From the NCBI GenBank assembly GCA_964016885.1, contig OZ024760.1, positions 25,296,001 to 25,360,000 of the forward strand: a stretch of DNA of 64,000 nt, read 5' to 3'. A model generated the notes under the pieces. That model was not told the DNA's origin. It saw only the letters and a list, made by a program, of their open reading frames with translations, and did not search any database. Of the stretch, positions 14,365 through 27,832 are shown piece after piece; position 1 is the stretch's first letter; each line of letters starts with the position of its first letter. The DNA is from Eledone cirrhosa. Lineage: Eukaryota. The translations under genes and the position numbers were made by a program.

Positions 14365-16483
14365 TTAATTTTGGTTGGAGTTCATTATGTTTATTGCCTC
14401 TGTAATTTGTCTAAACATTGCGTCTTTTCTGTGTGTAGATTCTATTTTTATTTCTATGTTCTCTAATTTACCCTTATGTTCTATTTTAGCATGTTGGTAG
14501 AGTACAGATGATTCTTTTCTATCTTGAAGCTCTCGCCAGTGTTCATTTATCCGTTCTCCTTTACTACGAGCTGTCTTACCTGTGTACACTATATTCTTAT
14601 CTCTACATTGTCCTTCAGTACATCTTATGCTATACACTACATTTCTAGTTTTACAGTTAATATGGGGGCTTAGTTTACAGATTATACATTTCTTATCTAT
14701 ACAGGGAGGTCTTTGAAAAGGGTATGTATTGCTAATAAGTGTTTTTATGGGGGTACGTGGTCTTTCTACTATCTTAATATTGACTTTATGTTTATCTAGG
14801 GCCCTTCTAAATGTCTAAGCTAATTCACCTCTAGGGGTTGTATTGATGAACATTACACTCTGGTATGTATTGCTATCATACCATGAGTTTATTCTATTAA
14901 CCTTATTCCTAGTCCTTTCTATTCTATTCCAAAATTTGCTCCTATACAAGGGGCAGGTCCCATTTGTATCATTATTTACCATTTTTTCCCATTTGGTTCT
15001 GGCTCCTCTATATACTCTGATTTTATCTCTCTGGTTATAACCAGAGAACTGCATACGGTGGATGAAGTGTTGTATGTGTCTCTCTAGTTTAGTTCTTTGG
15101 GGTTGCACATGCGAGACACGTTTCTCGTCACCCGTACCAAATCCGCCATCAGTATGTTGATTTTGGTGTGGTCTGAAACAGCAGAGTTTCGGTGGATCAG
15201 ATATTTGGAAGTCATGAGTTTGGTATAATGGGAATGGAGGATCTGTTTTTTGTTATTAATTGTTTCTAACCAGAGCTCTGTGTCTAGTACAGGTAATCGA
15301 TGGTTGGGGTGTTTGCTTGGGTAGTCTATAGTAACTCTAAAAAACACCATGGAAAGCATCCAGCAAATAGCTGGATGCTTTCCATGGTGTTTTTCTCCAA
15401 TTCCTGACTGTTCTCTAGTGGGGGTGTTTTTACCACGATGTTTATATCATCAACGTAGCGGGAGTACATTATCAGGGTTAAGAGGTTGCTGTCTTCTAAT
15501 TGTTCTTTAAGTTTAAGTCTATTGTCCCACCATACCATGAATAGGTTAGCTATGTCACCTGCAATGCTAACACCAATGGCTGCTCCCTCCTCTTGGGCAT
15601 ATGTTTTTCCATTAAATTTGAACATATGTTCCTTAAGGGTTAATTTTATACTGGCCCCCACCGCATGTGCAATCTTTTTCTTTAGTTCATCGTGGTTTTC
15701 GGGGGGCCGTATAGCTCTGGTCCACCCGTTCCATCTATCTGTGTGGGTTTTCTTGGCCATTGAGGTGATGGTAGGTGGTCTGCCTCTTGCTGGTCTTGTA
15801 GGGCACAGGTTGCTAAGGTCATATGTATCTAGATAATCATTACTATAGGTAAGTTTAAGTAGGAGTCCCAGCTCACTGGTATCAATCCCACGGAATTCAA
15901 CATTGCTCTCACTGATCATTTCTACGCATTTCTCCACAGCAAAATCCACGTCAATGGATGGATATAGGGACACAACATCCATACTACCTATTATACAGTT
16001 TGTGAGGTTCCTAGATCGGTTACTTTCGCTGATTCTGCTGAGGAGGTCCTCCGTGCTGACACATATATCTGGGGACATTTCAATGATGGGGCGTATGATC
16101 AGGGAGAGGAAGTAGGAAAGTCTGTAGTTATTAGCAATGTTAGCTCCACAGACTGGCCGTGTTGGTGGTCCTGTGACAGGGTCACTGCTCGTTTTATGGT
16201 CTTTTCGAAGCACATACAACGCTGGCACGTCATTGTTCCAGGCCTGGAAGTTGTTGGCAGTCCTTTTATTGGGCTGCATTATGTTTGTCGACATCATCAT
16301 ATGGGCATTGAGGGTTTTCTCCCTATCCTCATGCTCTTGTGGTGTTACTTCTCTTGTGTTAGTGATGTGGGGTTGCATTGCCTGGATGTAGTTTGACAGA
16401 CTGTCAACCGACGTTCTGCCAGACTTGTCTGTTGGAAAGCATGCAATCTCTCCATTACGCGAGCGCTGCATGAGCTTACGCAA
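14365..16483 (-). pseudogene. Disrupted Penelope-like RT-GIY-YIG polyprotein
   Basis: Four consecutive ORF pieces (15326-16483, 15084-15359, 14815-15108, 14365-14637) in the expected domain order. Confidence 0.9.
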
Positions 16484-16920
16484 GCCATTTGCAGATTTTT
16501 CTCCCAGTTGCTGGTCTCCATTCTATTTTGCTTCTTGCTATAGTGTTCTATAATATTTCTAAGTTTAGATCTAGCTATACTAAATTGTGCTTCTGTTTAT
16601 TCATCGACCTGCGACGGCAATTGCGTACGTTTGTTAAAAGCTAAAGTCATGGCGTGGACATATCGGAGGGATTATAAAAAGTAGAGTTCCAGGCTGCTGC
16701 TTTATGTGTACTATTGTTATTGTTATTGTTAGTTGTGTTGTATCTATTTCTATTTCCACCAACAGCCTCATGGTTGTTTCTATGTCTCTCATTATTACTC
16801 CTGTCTCTTTCCTCTGGCTCATTGTTATTATCTACTCTATGTTGTGTGTCTGTGTGCTCGTCCGTCCTGGTTAATTTCTCTGTCAGTATCGAAAGCAACT
16901 TGAACCGGGTACTTTAGCTA

Positions 16921-16951
<31 letters not shown>

Positions 16952-16968
16952 GAGAGAGAGAGAGAGAG

Positions 16969-17519
<551 letters not shown>

Positions 17520-17630
17520 TACATATATATATATACACACAAATATACACACAAATATATATATGGATATATATATATATACACACACAAATATATATAT
17601 ATATATATATATACAGAGAGAGATAGAGAG

Positions 17631-17686
<56 letters not shown>

Positions 17687-17964
17687 AGAGAATAGGCTTC
17701 GTTAGTGGATCGCTAAACGGAAGAAATCTATGAATAAGCAAGCAGTTTTTCTGCGTAGTTAAGATAAAATGATAAAGATCTCATACATTTTATAGGGACA
17801 TGAATGAGAAATCACTTTAAAATATGGTTAGAATAATGCTTATTACCGATTCCATCTTGTCTATCGTATAAATTAAGAAGTCGTTGTGTAATAGAGCCAC
17901 TCGCTAATTCACAATGGACCGCCATGTCAGCCTTGTTCTAGGTCGGATTGAGACACTACTGGCA

Positions 17965-18319
17965 AATTGGGTTGTTGGTGGTGATGGTTGTGGTTGTGGT
18001 GATGTTGTTGTTGTTGTTGTTGTTGTTCTTGGTGATGGTGATGGTGGTGGTGTTGGTGGTAGTGCTATTGCTGGTAGCGGTGGTGATTGTGTTGATGTTG
18101 TTGTTGTTGTTGGTGGTGATGGTTGTGGTTGTGGTGTTAGTGGTGGTGGTGATGGTGGTGGTGGTGTTAGTGTTGGTAGTGTTGGTGGTAGTGCTATTGC
18201 TGGTAGCAGTGGTGATTGTGTTGTTGTTGTTGGTGGTGGTGGTGGTGGTGGTGGTAGTGTTGGTAGTGTTGGTGGTAGTGTTGGTGGTGGTGCTATTGCT
18301 GGTAGCGGTGGTGATTGTG

Positions 18320-18351
<32 letters not shown>

Positions 18352-19350
18352 GGTGGTGGTGGTGGTGGTGGTAGTGTTGGTAGTGTTGGTGGTAGTGTTG
18401 GTGGTGGTGCTATTGCTGGTAGCGGTGGTGATTGTGTTGTTGTTGGTGGTGGTGGTGGTGGTGGTGGTGGTGGTGGTGGTGGTGGTGTTAGTGTTGGTCG
18501 TGTTGGTGGTAGTGTTGGTGGTAGTGCTATTGCTGGTAGCGGTGGTGCTTGTGTTGTTGTTGTTGGTGATGGTGGTGGTGGTGTTAGTCTTGTTAGTGTT
18601 GGTAGTGTTGGTGGTAGTGTTGGTGGTAGTGCTATTGCTGGTAGCAGTAGTGATTGTGTTGTTGTTGTTGTTGATTGTGGTAATGGCAAATTTGTGTGGT
18701 TGATGATGTTGGTTGTGGTTATAGTGGTGGTGTTGGTGGTGGTTATGTTGGCGGTGTTTGTTGTTGTTGTTGTGGTGGTGGTGGTAGTGGTGCTGATGGT
18801 TGTAGTGGTGGTGGTTATAGTGGTGTTGTTGTTGTTAGTGATAGTGGTGGTGGTGGTAGTGTTGCTGGTGGTGATTGTGGTACTGGCAAATTGTGTGGTT
18901 GATGATGTTGGTTGTGGTTATAGTGGTGGTGGTGGTAGTGTTGGTGGTGTTGGTGGTTGTGGTAGTGTTGGTGGTGTTGTTGGTGGTTGTAGCTTTGGTG
19001 GTGTTGGTGGTGTTGATGGTGGTTATAGTGGTGGTGTTGGCGGTGGATATGGTGACGGTATTGGTGGTGGTCTTGGTGGTGGTGTTGTTGGTAGTAGAGT
19101 TGGTGCAGGTTTTGCTGGTAGTGGTGCTGGTGCTGGTGTTGGTGGTGGTGTTGCTGGTAGTGATGTTGCTGGTAGTGGTGCTGTTGTTGGCGTTGTGTTG
19201 TCGTTGATGTTGGTGATGATGGTGGTCATGGAGTCGCTGGTACTTATGATGGGGGTGGGGTGGGGTTGTTTGTCGCGGGAGAGGTGGCGTTGGCAATCCT
19301 GAGGTGGTGGTGGTACCGGTGGTGGTGGTGGTGGTGGTTGTGGTGATGGT
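17965..19350. repeat. (GGT/GTT)n field with a recurrent higher-order motif
   Basis: gtgctattgctggtagc recurs about every 100-130 bp in 18060-18650. Confidence 0.9.
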
Positions 19351-19531
19351 AGTGTTGAGGGTGTAGTGGAGAATAACTATGCAAAATGGTTTTTTACAAA
19401 TTTATTCAGAAACTTTCCGTTACAAATATTCCGAAAGGTTTGACCTCCATACCGTGTGTCTGCTCCATTGTATCAAACCAGCTTCTTCGAGACCTACCAG
19501 TTACGACATTATGACCGATCGTCTACCCGTG

Positions 19532-19562
<31 letters not shown>

Positions 19563-19571
19563 ATATCTATC

Positions 19572-19605
<34 letters not shown>

Positions 19606-19606
19606 T

Positions 19607-21661
19607 GTTTCTTTTCTTTGCCACCAGGGCATCAAAAGTGGGACAAGTACAAAGGGGGGAGTTTACACAAAAAGGCGTCCTCAATAAGGAGGAGGCAATA
19701 ACAAAATATAAAAATAAATAAAATATAACAAAAAATAAAATTTATAACAAAATCCTCAATAGAGAGGAGGCGCCTTGGGGAGTCGCACACACCCCCGAAA
19801 AAAGTGTGCAACCCTTTTCCTCAGGAGCACAGAGAGGGGGTGCTCTCTCGTTCCTTCCTCTTTTCCACCTACAGGCTTATGTAAAGAGAAGGCCCATTCA
19901 CACGGGCCATTCTCGCCACTTTCACCCACCTTTCATAAAAACGACTGGGGTGGAGCACCTCTCTCTCCATCCTGATCCTTCTTCCGAAATGATATCGGAA
20001 GAAACGGACCAGTTGTTGGCCAGAGAGAAAGGTGCCTGACCTCAGTCCTTTCAGACGCGTCCACCATACAACCTCTTTCGCCATGGCTATTACGCACAGA
20101 GACACCGCCTCTGCTTCATCTTTGAAGGGGGGAGGCGGCTTGATCATTACAATAGACTCGGTGGTCAACCGGATCGGTCCCACCCTCGCCAGCAGTTGTT
20201 CGACATAGCCCCACAGATCGGCTACGCCCGAGCAGTGTACCAATGCGTGTGCAACGGTTTCCTCGTCGCACACGCATCTGGGACAGATCTTTTTGGCGGG
20301 GTCCCTACCCGGGAGCCCGTGTCTGTAGAGCCTTTCTCGAACGGGTAAAGCCCCTCGGTAGCACTGCCAGGCCAGGGACTTCTGGAAGTTGTCCATAGAT
20401 CCCGGGCTGAATGTCCTACCGAACAGGCTGGCCAGTTCGTCCTCCTCCATGTCTAGGGCTTCTCCGAGGGCGTCGTCGCACCTGCTGCGTACCAGCCCTC
20501 TATAGAATGTTGCGGTGGAGTCTCCACTGATAACCGGATCCGCCTGCCAGAGGGCGGTGAGCGCCTGGGCACACTCAGTGTGCCAGGCGCCCAGTTTTCT
20601 CGGTCTTTGCTTGACCCAGGATTGCAGCTCGGTGAGTGAGACGAGTCTGGGAAAGGTTCGTCTCACAAACGAGGCCCACACCGGTTGACCGGTGAGGAAT
20701 ACGTAGAGGTGCCGTAGCCTTAATGCGTGTTTACGCATTATTAGCCACGGCATCCCCAACCCTCCTTTCGAAGGGTGTTGACAGCAGATGGATCTCCTCA
20801 CCATAGGAGCCCGCCTCTTCCAAAGGAATTGGAAGAGTGCGCGCTCCATCTTGGTGAGGGTTTCCCTTGGGCGGGCACTACGGTCAGGCGGTAGTAGATG
20901 ACGGACGCTATGTAGGTGTTCGCCACCTCCGCCCGACCTTTCAGGGATAGTTTGCAACTGGCCCACTTCTGGGTCAGTGCAAACACCCTGTTCGTAACCT
21001 CCGCCCAGTTTTTCTCCACCTGGAGGTCCGGTCCGAACCAGACCCCGAGCAACTTCACCGGGCCTTCCGTCCAGCGTCCGACGACGCCATCGGAGGGCAT
21101 CGGTCTGCCCCTCCACGTGCCGAGTTGCAAACCGATCGACTTGTCCCGGTTCAGCTTAGCCCCTGTAAACCTTTCGTACTCCTCCAGTAAGGTGCCGACT
21201 GCCTCGATTTCGGAGGCCGTCGACACCATTACTGTCACGTCATCGGCGTAGGCTGACACCGCTTTCCGCAATCTCGGTTCCAAAGGGATGCCCTGCAACA
21301 ACTCCAACTTCCGCAGTAGTGGCTCGAGAGTCAACACATACAGAAGGGAGGAGAGAGGGCACCCTTGTCGGATGGACCGCGCGATTTTGAACGGCTCCGA
21401 GAGGTAGCCGTTCACCTTGACCCTAGAGCAGATGCGGCTGCTGTGCATAGCAGTGATCCAGCCCCTGAAAACGGGTCCGAAGCCTGCCACCGCTAGCACC
21501 GCATCCAGGTAACCATGGTCGACCCTATCGAACGCCTTAGATTGATCCAAGTTGATCAGAGCCCCACCAAAGCCGGGTTCGTTCCCAACCCTCTCTATGA
21601 TGTATCGCATGAGGTGGAGGTTGTCATGGATGGACCTGGACGGGATAGCGCATGTCTGCGC
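19607..21661 (-). mobile_element. 5'-truncated L1/Tx1-type non-LTR retrotransposon (RT plus C-terminal CCHC)
   Basis: QTCAIPSRSIHDN, LDQSKAFDRVDH, IRQGCPLS, AYADDV, CPRC..EETVAHALVHC; frameshift near 20870; (GATA)n at both ends. Confidence 0.92.
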
Positions 21662-21707
<46 letters not shown>

Positions 21708-21709
<2 letters not shown>

Positions 21710-21955
21710 TTCTTTATTAGCCACTAGGGCACAAGAGAAAGGGACAAATACACAGGGGGGAGTTTACATAAATGCGAGTAAAGAAAAAGGCATAACAATA
21801 AGAATAATATAATAATAAAAAGTCCTCAAAAGGGAGGGGGCGTGTTGGGGATTGCACATACCCCCGAAAAGTGTGCAACCCTTTTCGGGAGGGAAGCCCA
21901 GAGAGGAGGCGCTCCCCCTTTCCTCTTCACTTCTTCACCTACAGAACAATGTAGA
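21708..21955 (-). mobile_element. Second, diverged 3'-end copy of the same Tx1-like family
   Basis: Homologous to 19607-19885 (gccac.agggca..gggacaa..tacaca..gggggagtttac; ccccgaaaa.gtgtgcaaccctttt); bounded by (GATA)n. Confidence 0.8.
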
Positions 21956-21981
21956 GAGATAGATAGATAGATATGTATATA

Positions 21982-22340
21982 TATAGGAAAAGGTATGACC
22001 CCGACGGCAGAGCTCAAGCCGTTTCGATGGATATTTCTGAGCCGTCGAAACGGCTTGAGCTCTGCCGTCGGGGTCATACCTTTTCCTATTACCCACTCTA
22101 CTACCCTAAGTATTGAGTACTATGGTGCGTTATTGTCCATCTGGTTCCTTACCACAATTCCTTCGTTATATATATATATAACCGACACTGGAATTGAGCC
22201 ATCAGCACAGTTGAGGTATGTCAGACACCAATTTATTTTATCCGATGAAGACGTACTGAGGAAACAGCACAGTACCTCTGAAATATATATAATAAAATAT
22301 ATTTGATCACATGAATGTCTATATTTATTAATATTTTGAA

Positions 22341-22431
<91 letters not shown>

Positions 22432-22600
22432 CGAAGGAAATGTGGTAAGGAACCAGTTGGACCATAACGCACCATAGTATTCAATACTTAGGGTAGTAGA
22501 GTGGGTAATAGGAACGAGTAGGACCCCGACGGCTAATTCAGTCCAGAATTAGCCGTCGAAACGGCTTGAGCTCAGCCGTCGGGGTCCTACTCGTTCCTAT
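21982..22600. mobile_element. Two family C palindromic elements in opposite orientation around a family B fragment and (TA)n
   Basis: 21982-22168 and 22430-22600 match 6408-6602. Confidence 0.75.
22234..22299 (+). ncRNA. Type I hammerhead variant, family B (CCGATGA core)
   Basis: TATTTTAT-CCGATGA-AGAcGTACTG..CAGTACcTCT-GAAA-TATATA-TA|ATAAAATA, perfect 8-bp stem I. Confidence 0.6.
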
Positions 22601-22609
22601 ATATATATA

Positions 22610-22785
22610 TATTGTTTTTTTATTTTTGGCACAAGGCCAGCAATTATCCCAGTGTATTACTGGTACTTTATTTTATCGACCCCGTAAGGATGAAAGGCAT
22701 AGTTAATCTCGGCTTGATTTGAATTCAGATCATAAAGGGCCCTAACTCTTTGCTCCAAAGCATGTTATCCGATACTGCCAATCCA
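22610..22785 (-). mobile_element. tRNA-derived SINE
   Basis: Reverse complement of ggattggcagtatcgg...cctttcatccttacggggtcgataaaataaagtaccag...ggccttgtgccaaaa. Confidence 0.85.
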
Positions 22786-22858
22786 AAGGGGTAAAGAAGA
22801 TCACGGATTGAGGGTTTATTCCAAGTATTAACAAATGTTTCATTGGTCCCGTTAACAT

Positions 22859-22889
<31 letters not shown>

Positions 22890-23213
22890 TAAAATAACAG
22901 ATTAAAGTTTAAGCAAAGAATCGCTGCTTTCACCCTTAACGAGATCTTCTGAAACTCTATTTGCTCTACGGTTCTTATATATCTGATATATATCTATCCT
23001 TATCGAGCCCTCTTTGGATTTTAGTCTTCAAATTTATTATTATTACTATATATATATATGTATGTGTGTGTATGTGTGTGTGTATGTGCGTGTGTGTGTA
23101 ACTATATATATATATGTGTATATCTAAAATATATATAACAGATATTTGTTAGCGAGCTAACCATCTTTCGGTCTAAAGAATATATTCCCTCCCCTTCCAC
23201 TACCTCTTTTTCT

Positions 23214-23284
<71 letters not shown>

Positions 23285-23502
23285 GCACTCTCTCTGTCTC
23301 TCCCTCTCTCTCAAGTATTAATATTTTCCTCAGATTAAACCTCGCCACGAAGTTATGTCTTTTAATTAATATTCACTGCATTCATTATGTTTATTGCCGA
23401 AGCAATGCATTGCTATTAGTATCTAATTCTAGTAATTAGATTTAATTAAGAAACCAGATATAAAGTTATAATTTAACGTGACATTTCTTGACGTCATCAT
23501 CA

Positions 23503-23543
<41 letters not shown>

Positions 23544-23544
23544 T

Positions 23545-24540
23545 CTTTTTTATTTTCTTTCATTATTGTTTCTGAGATATATGCCGAGTGTCTTCCTGAC
23601 ACCTAGGGCAAATAAATTCAGTGTGTATTGGTTAGCCAGTTAATACAGCACATTGATTATAATTAAAAAAAAAAAAACAGTATACATATATACACATGTT
23701 CATATGCATATGTAAGTACGAGGAGGCATATCAATCTTACAGAGATAGTGCTCTTCTCAATACGTGTGCAGTACCAGTCAAAACATTTTTTTTCACCTCG
23801 TGCAGAGAGGGTAAACCAGGAATCATTCGCAAATATTGTTCTGTTCCTTTCTTGATTATTCCCACTCCTCCCACAATTACTGGTATTGTAACGGCCTTGA
23901 GGTGCCACATTTTCTCAATTTCAATAAGCAGATCTTGGTATTTTCGTAGCTTGTCAAATTCTTTTGCCGCGATATTGTGATCACATGGGATGCTCATATC
24001 TATCAATAAACAGACCTTGTTATGTTGATCTTTTATAATGATGTCAGGTCTATTTGCTTTTATGGTCCTGTCAGTATGTACAAGAAAGCCCCAGAGAATT
24101 GTTACTTTTTCTCCTTCAGTTACAGCCTCAGGGTGATGATTGTACCACTTGTCTTCAGCTTTGATTTTGTAATGCCGACATATTACCCAGTGTAGATATT
24201 GGCCAACTCTGTCATATCTATATTTGTATTCTACTGGTGCTAAAACTGGATGTAACATCCAGAGACTAAGTGATCCACTGTTTCAACCTCAGCATTGCAG
24301 AATCGGCACTTTGGGTTTATTCCGTTTCTCATCACATTGGCCTGGTAATTACGAGTCAATAAGCGTTGATCTTGAGCAGCTAAGATGAAGCCTTCACTCT
24401 CCACCATTAGCACTGAACTACGTAGCCACTGATGGGTGTGCTTTTGGTCAAGATCAGCTTGTTTGCTACGGGCCGCATATTTGCCATGCAGAGGTTTCTG
24501 CTCCCAATTTGATGCTAATTGTCCTTGCCCTTTACGCTCT
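23545..24540 (-). mobile_element. 3' fragment of an R4/Dong-like RLE non-LTR retrotransposon
   Basis: KPLHGKY, ESEGFILAAQDQ, CRFC..ETVDHLVSGC, ANRPDIII, IDMSIP, KLRKYQDL; 3' end abuts (TAA)n at 23505-23543. Confidence 0.85.
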
Positions 24541-24885
24541 GAGTTCAAATCCCGCCAAGATTAACTTTGCCTTTCATCCTTACGGGGTCGATAAAATAAA
24601 GTACCAGTAATACACTGAGATAATGGCTGGCCTTGTGCCAAAAGTAGAAACAATTATTATTATTATTATTTTCATTAGGGCGGTGGATTGGCAGTATCGG
24701 TAGAGGGTCGGACGCCATACTTTGACGCATAGAGTTACGGCCCTTGCCATTCTGAGTTCAAATCCCGCCAAGGTTAACTTTGCCTTTCATCCTTACGGGG
24801 TCGATAAAATAAAGTACCAGTAATACACTGAGATAATGGCTGGCCTTGTGCCAAAAGTAGAAACAATTATTATTATTATTATTTT
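24538..24885 (+). mobile_element. Tandem tRNA-derived SINEs (one 5'-truncated, one full length) with (ATT)n tails
   Basis: A box tggcagtatcgg, B box gagttcaaatcc, conserved body and tail. Confidence 0.9.
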
Positions 24886-25144
24886 CATTATTTTTCCCCC
24901 TTGAAGCTATTTTAAATGTTGTGATTTTAACATTGTTGCAATATAACAAATGTGTCTGCACTTAGCAGCAAATGTGATGCCACAGTGTCACTTGAAAAAA
25001 CATAACGGTGTTTATCTGTTTTTTTAACTATGTTGTCTGAGAGGGAAGGACAGATCTAATGTAACACATCGTATAAAAAGATTGGAGCTCTGATTTACAC
25101 GTACATCTTCCTCCTCTTCTTCATCATCATCACCATTATGACTC

Positions 25145-25177
<33 letters not shown>

Positions 25178-25309
25178 CAACAGGGTCCGTTGAAAAAACA
25201 TAACGGAGTTTCTCTGATTCTGTTGTTTTTTTTTAACTATGTTGTCTTACATATCTAATGTAATACAGCGTTTCAAAAGATTACGCCTCTGATCTACACG
25301 TAAATCCTG

Positions 25310-25524
25310 TAAATGTGTGTGAGTGTGTGTGTGTGTCTGTGATACTGTGTGTATATGTGTGTGTGAGCGTGTGTGTGTCTGTGATAATGTGTGCATATGT
25401 GTGTGTGAGCGTGTGTGTGTGTATGTGTGATAATGTGTATATGTGTGTGTGAACGTGTGTGTGTGTGTGATACTATGTGTATGTGTGTGTGAGCGTGTGT
25501 GTGTCTGTTATAATGTGTGTATAG

Positions 25525-25564
<40 letters not shown>

Positions 25565-26093
25565 TAATGTGTGTATGTGTGTGTGAGCGTGTGTGTGTCT
25601 GTGATACTGTGTGTATATGTGTGTGTGAGCGTGTGTGTGTCTGTGATACCGTGTGCATATATGTGTGTGAGCGTGTGTGTGTATGTGATAGTGTGTTTAT
25701 GTTCGTGAGCGTTTGTGTGTCTGTGATACTATGTGTATATGTGTGTGTGACCGTGTGTGTGTGATAATGTGTGTATGTGTGTGTGAGCGTGTGTGTGTTT
25801 GTGATACCGTGTGCATATGTGTGTGTGATCGTGTGTGTGTGTGTGTGTGTGATAATGTGCATATGTGTGTGTGAACGTGTGTGTGTGTGTGATACTATGT
25901 GTATGTGTGTGTGAGCGTGTGTGGGTCTGTGATAATGTGTGTATATATGTGTGTGTGTGTGTGTGTGTGATAATGTGTGTATGTGTGTGTGAACGTGTGC
26001 GTGTGTGTGATACTATGTGTATGTGTGTGTGAGCGTGTGTATGTATGTGATAATGTGTGTATATATGTGTGTGTGGGTGTGTGTGTGTCTGTG

Positions 26094-26137
<44 letters not shown>

Positions 26138-27020
26138 CGTGTGTGTGTCTGTGATAGTGTGTATATGTGTGTGTGAGCGTGTGTGTGTATGTGATAGTGT
26201 GTTAATGTTAGTGAGCGTTTGTGTGTCTGTGATACTATGTGTATATGTGTGTGTGACCGTGTGTGTGTGTGATAATGTGTGTATGTGTGTGTGAGCGTGT
26301 GTGTGTCTGTGATACCGTGTGCATATGTGTGTGTGAGCGTGTGTGTATGTGTGATAATGTGTATATGTGTGTGTGAACGTGTGTGTGTCTGTGATACCAT
26401 GTGTATGTGTTTGTGAGCGTGTGTGTGTCTGTGATAATGTGTGTATATATGTGTGTGGGTGTGTGTGTGTGTGTGATACTGTGTGTATGTGTGTGTGAGC
26501 GTGTGTGTGTCTGTGATACTGTGTGTATATGTGTGTGTGGGCGTCTGTCTGTGATACTGTGTATATGTGTGTGTATGAGCGTGTGTGTGTATGTGATTAT
26601 GTGTATATGTGTCTGTGCGTGTGTGTGTATGTGATACTGTGTGTATATGTGTGTGTGCGTGTGTGTGTGTGCGTGTGTGTGTCTGTGATAATGTGTGTAT
26701 ATGTGTGTGGGCGAGTGTGTGTATGTGATACTGTGTGTATGAGTGTGTATGGACGTGTGTGTGTGTCTGTGATATTGTGTGTATCTGTGTGTGTGGGCAT
26801 GTGTGTGTCTGTGATACTGTGTGTATATATGTGTATGTGCGTGTGTGTGTGTATGCGATACTGTGTGTATATGTGTGTGAGCGTGTGTGTATTTGTGTGT
26901 GCATGTGTGTGCCTGTGATACTGTGCGTATATGTGTGCGGGCGTGTGTGTGTCTGTGATACTGTGTGTATATGTGTTTGAGCGTGTGTTTGTGATACTGT
27001 TTTAATGTGTGTGTGGGCGT
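25310..27020. repeat. (GT)-rich cryptic minisatellite
   Basis: tgtgata(c/a)tg and gtgagcgtg recur about every 40 bp. Confidence 0.9.
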
Positions 27021-27832
27021 GTATGTAAATTTTAATTGCAATCTTGAAGACGAGGAATAAGACTAATGGTGAGTTTTAAATCGCAGTACAACGATCATCC
27101 CTAACGACCTAGATTGTACTTAATTAACTCGTTCTGCAAGTCATTAGTGTTTCCCAATCGAAAGCGAAATACTACGCCATTATCAAAACACTTCTATTAT
27201 CTGAAGTACACGTAGAAAGGAATTTTGATTACATCTCTAGCTAAATTAACAATAATTCTTGCTGTTTGGCACATGTGTAGGATGTTTAACTACTACGTGA
27301 TGTGGGGTCGCCTTCACAGGGTCTTCATTGATATCGCTGCTATCTCCATCTTTCATTCGCAATGTCCGCTCCGTGCTGGAAATCAGATTTCAGCTTCAAC
27401 GTAAAGCTTTATTTGAGAATATTATAACAACAACAACAACAACAACAACAACAAAGGGAAATGGAAAAAAAAGATAACAGAAAATTCGTAAATGAACGAA
27501 CTGAATAAAAGTTTAGCATTAATAAGAATGTTAACGGTGTTTTAATGGCTAGGGAAACGAAGGAGGGTGAATGAGTGAATGCGGACATGACAATGTCTTG
27601 TGAATTTCTGGTTAATAAGTTCGCAGTTTTCAGAGATATGATTGATAGGAGGGTTAATGTTTAGAGACACAATGGCGGTCATTGTGGTGTTATTAATGAA
27701 GAAGCAAAGACGCTGGTCGTGTGGCTGTTAATGAGTTCCCAGATTTATAGATACGGCCGAGGAGAAGGTAACTTTAGATATAAAATGGAGGTTGCTGTGG
27801 TGGTGTTGTTATTAAAGACAGAGGGCGGTGGA

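Larger units (their letters stand above)
13907..16920 (-). mobile_element. Penelope-like retroelement (RT, Cys-rich linker, GIY-YIG), frameshifted, with 3' pLTR
   Basis: RT motifs GSMDVVSLYPSI, QEEGAAIG, YSRYVDDI, LPVLD; linker PCIDKKCIIC..NCKTRNVVYSIRC; GIY-YIG VYTGKTARS..ERINEH..RQITEA; (TA)n at both ends. Confidence 0.92.

Noticed and set aside
17904-19302. Gly-rich (+) or Pro-rich extensin-like (-) structural protein
   Set aside because: Multiple frames are open across the GGT/GTT repeats; no signal peptide or splice evidence, though an exon cannot be strictly excluded.
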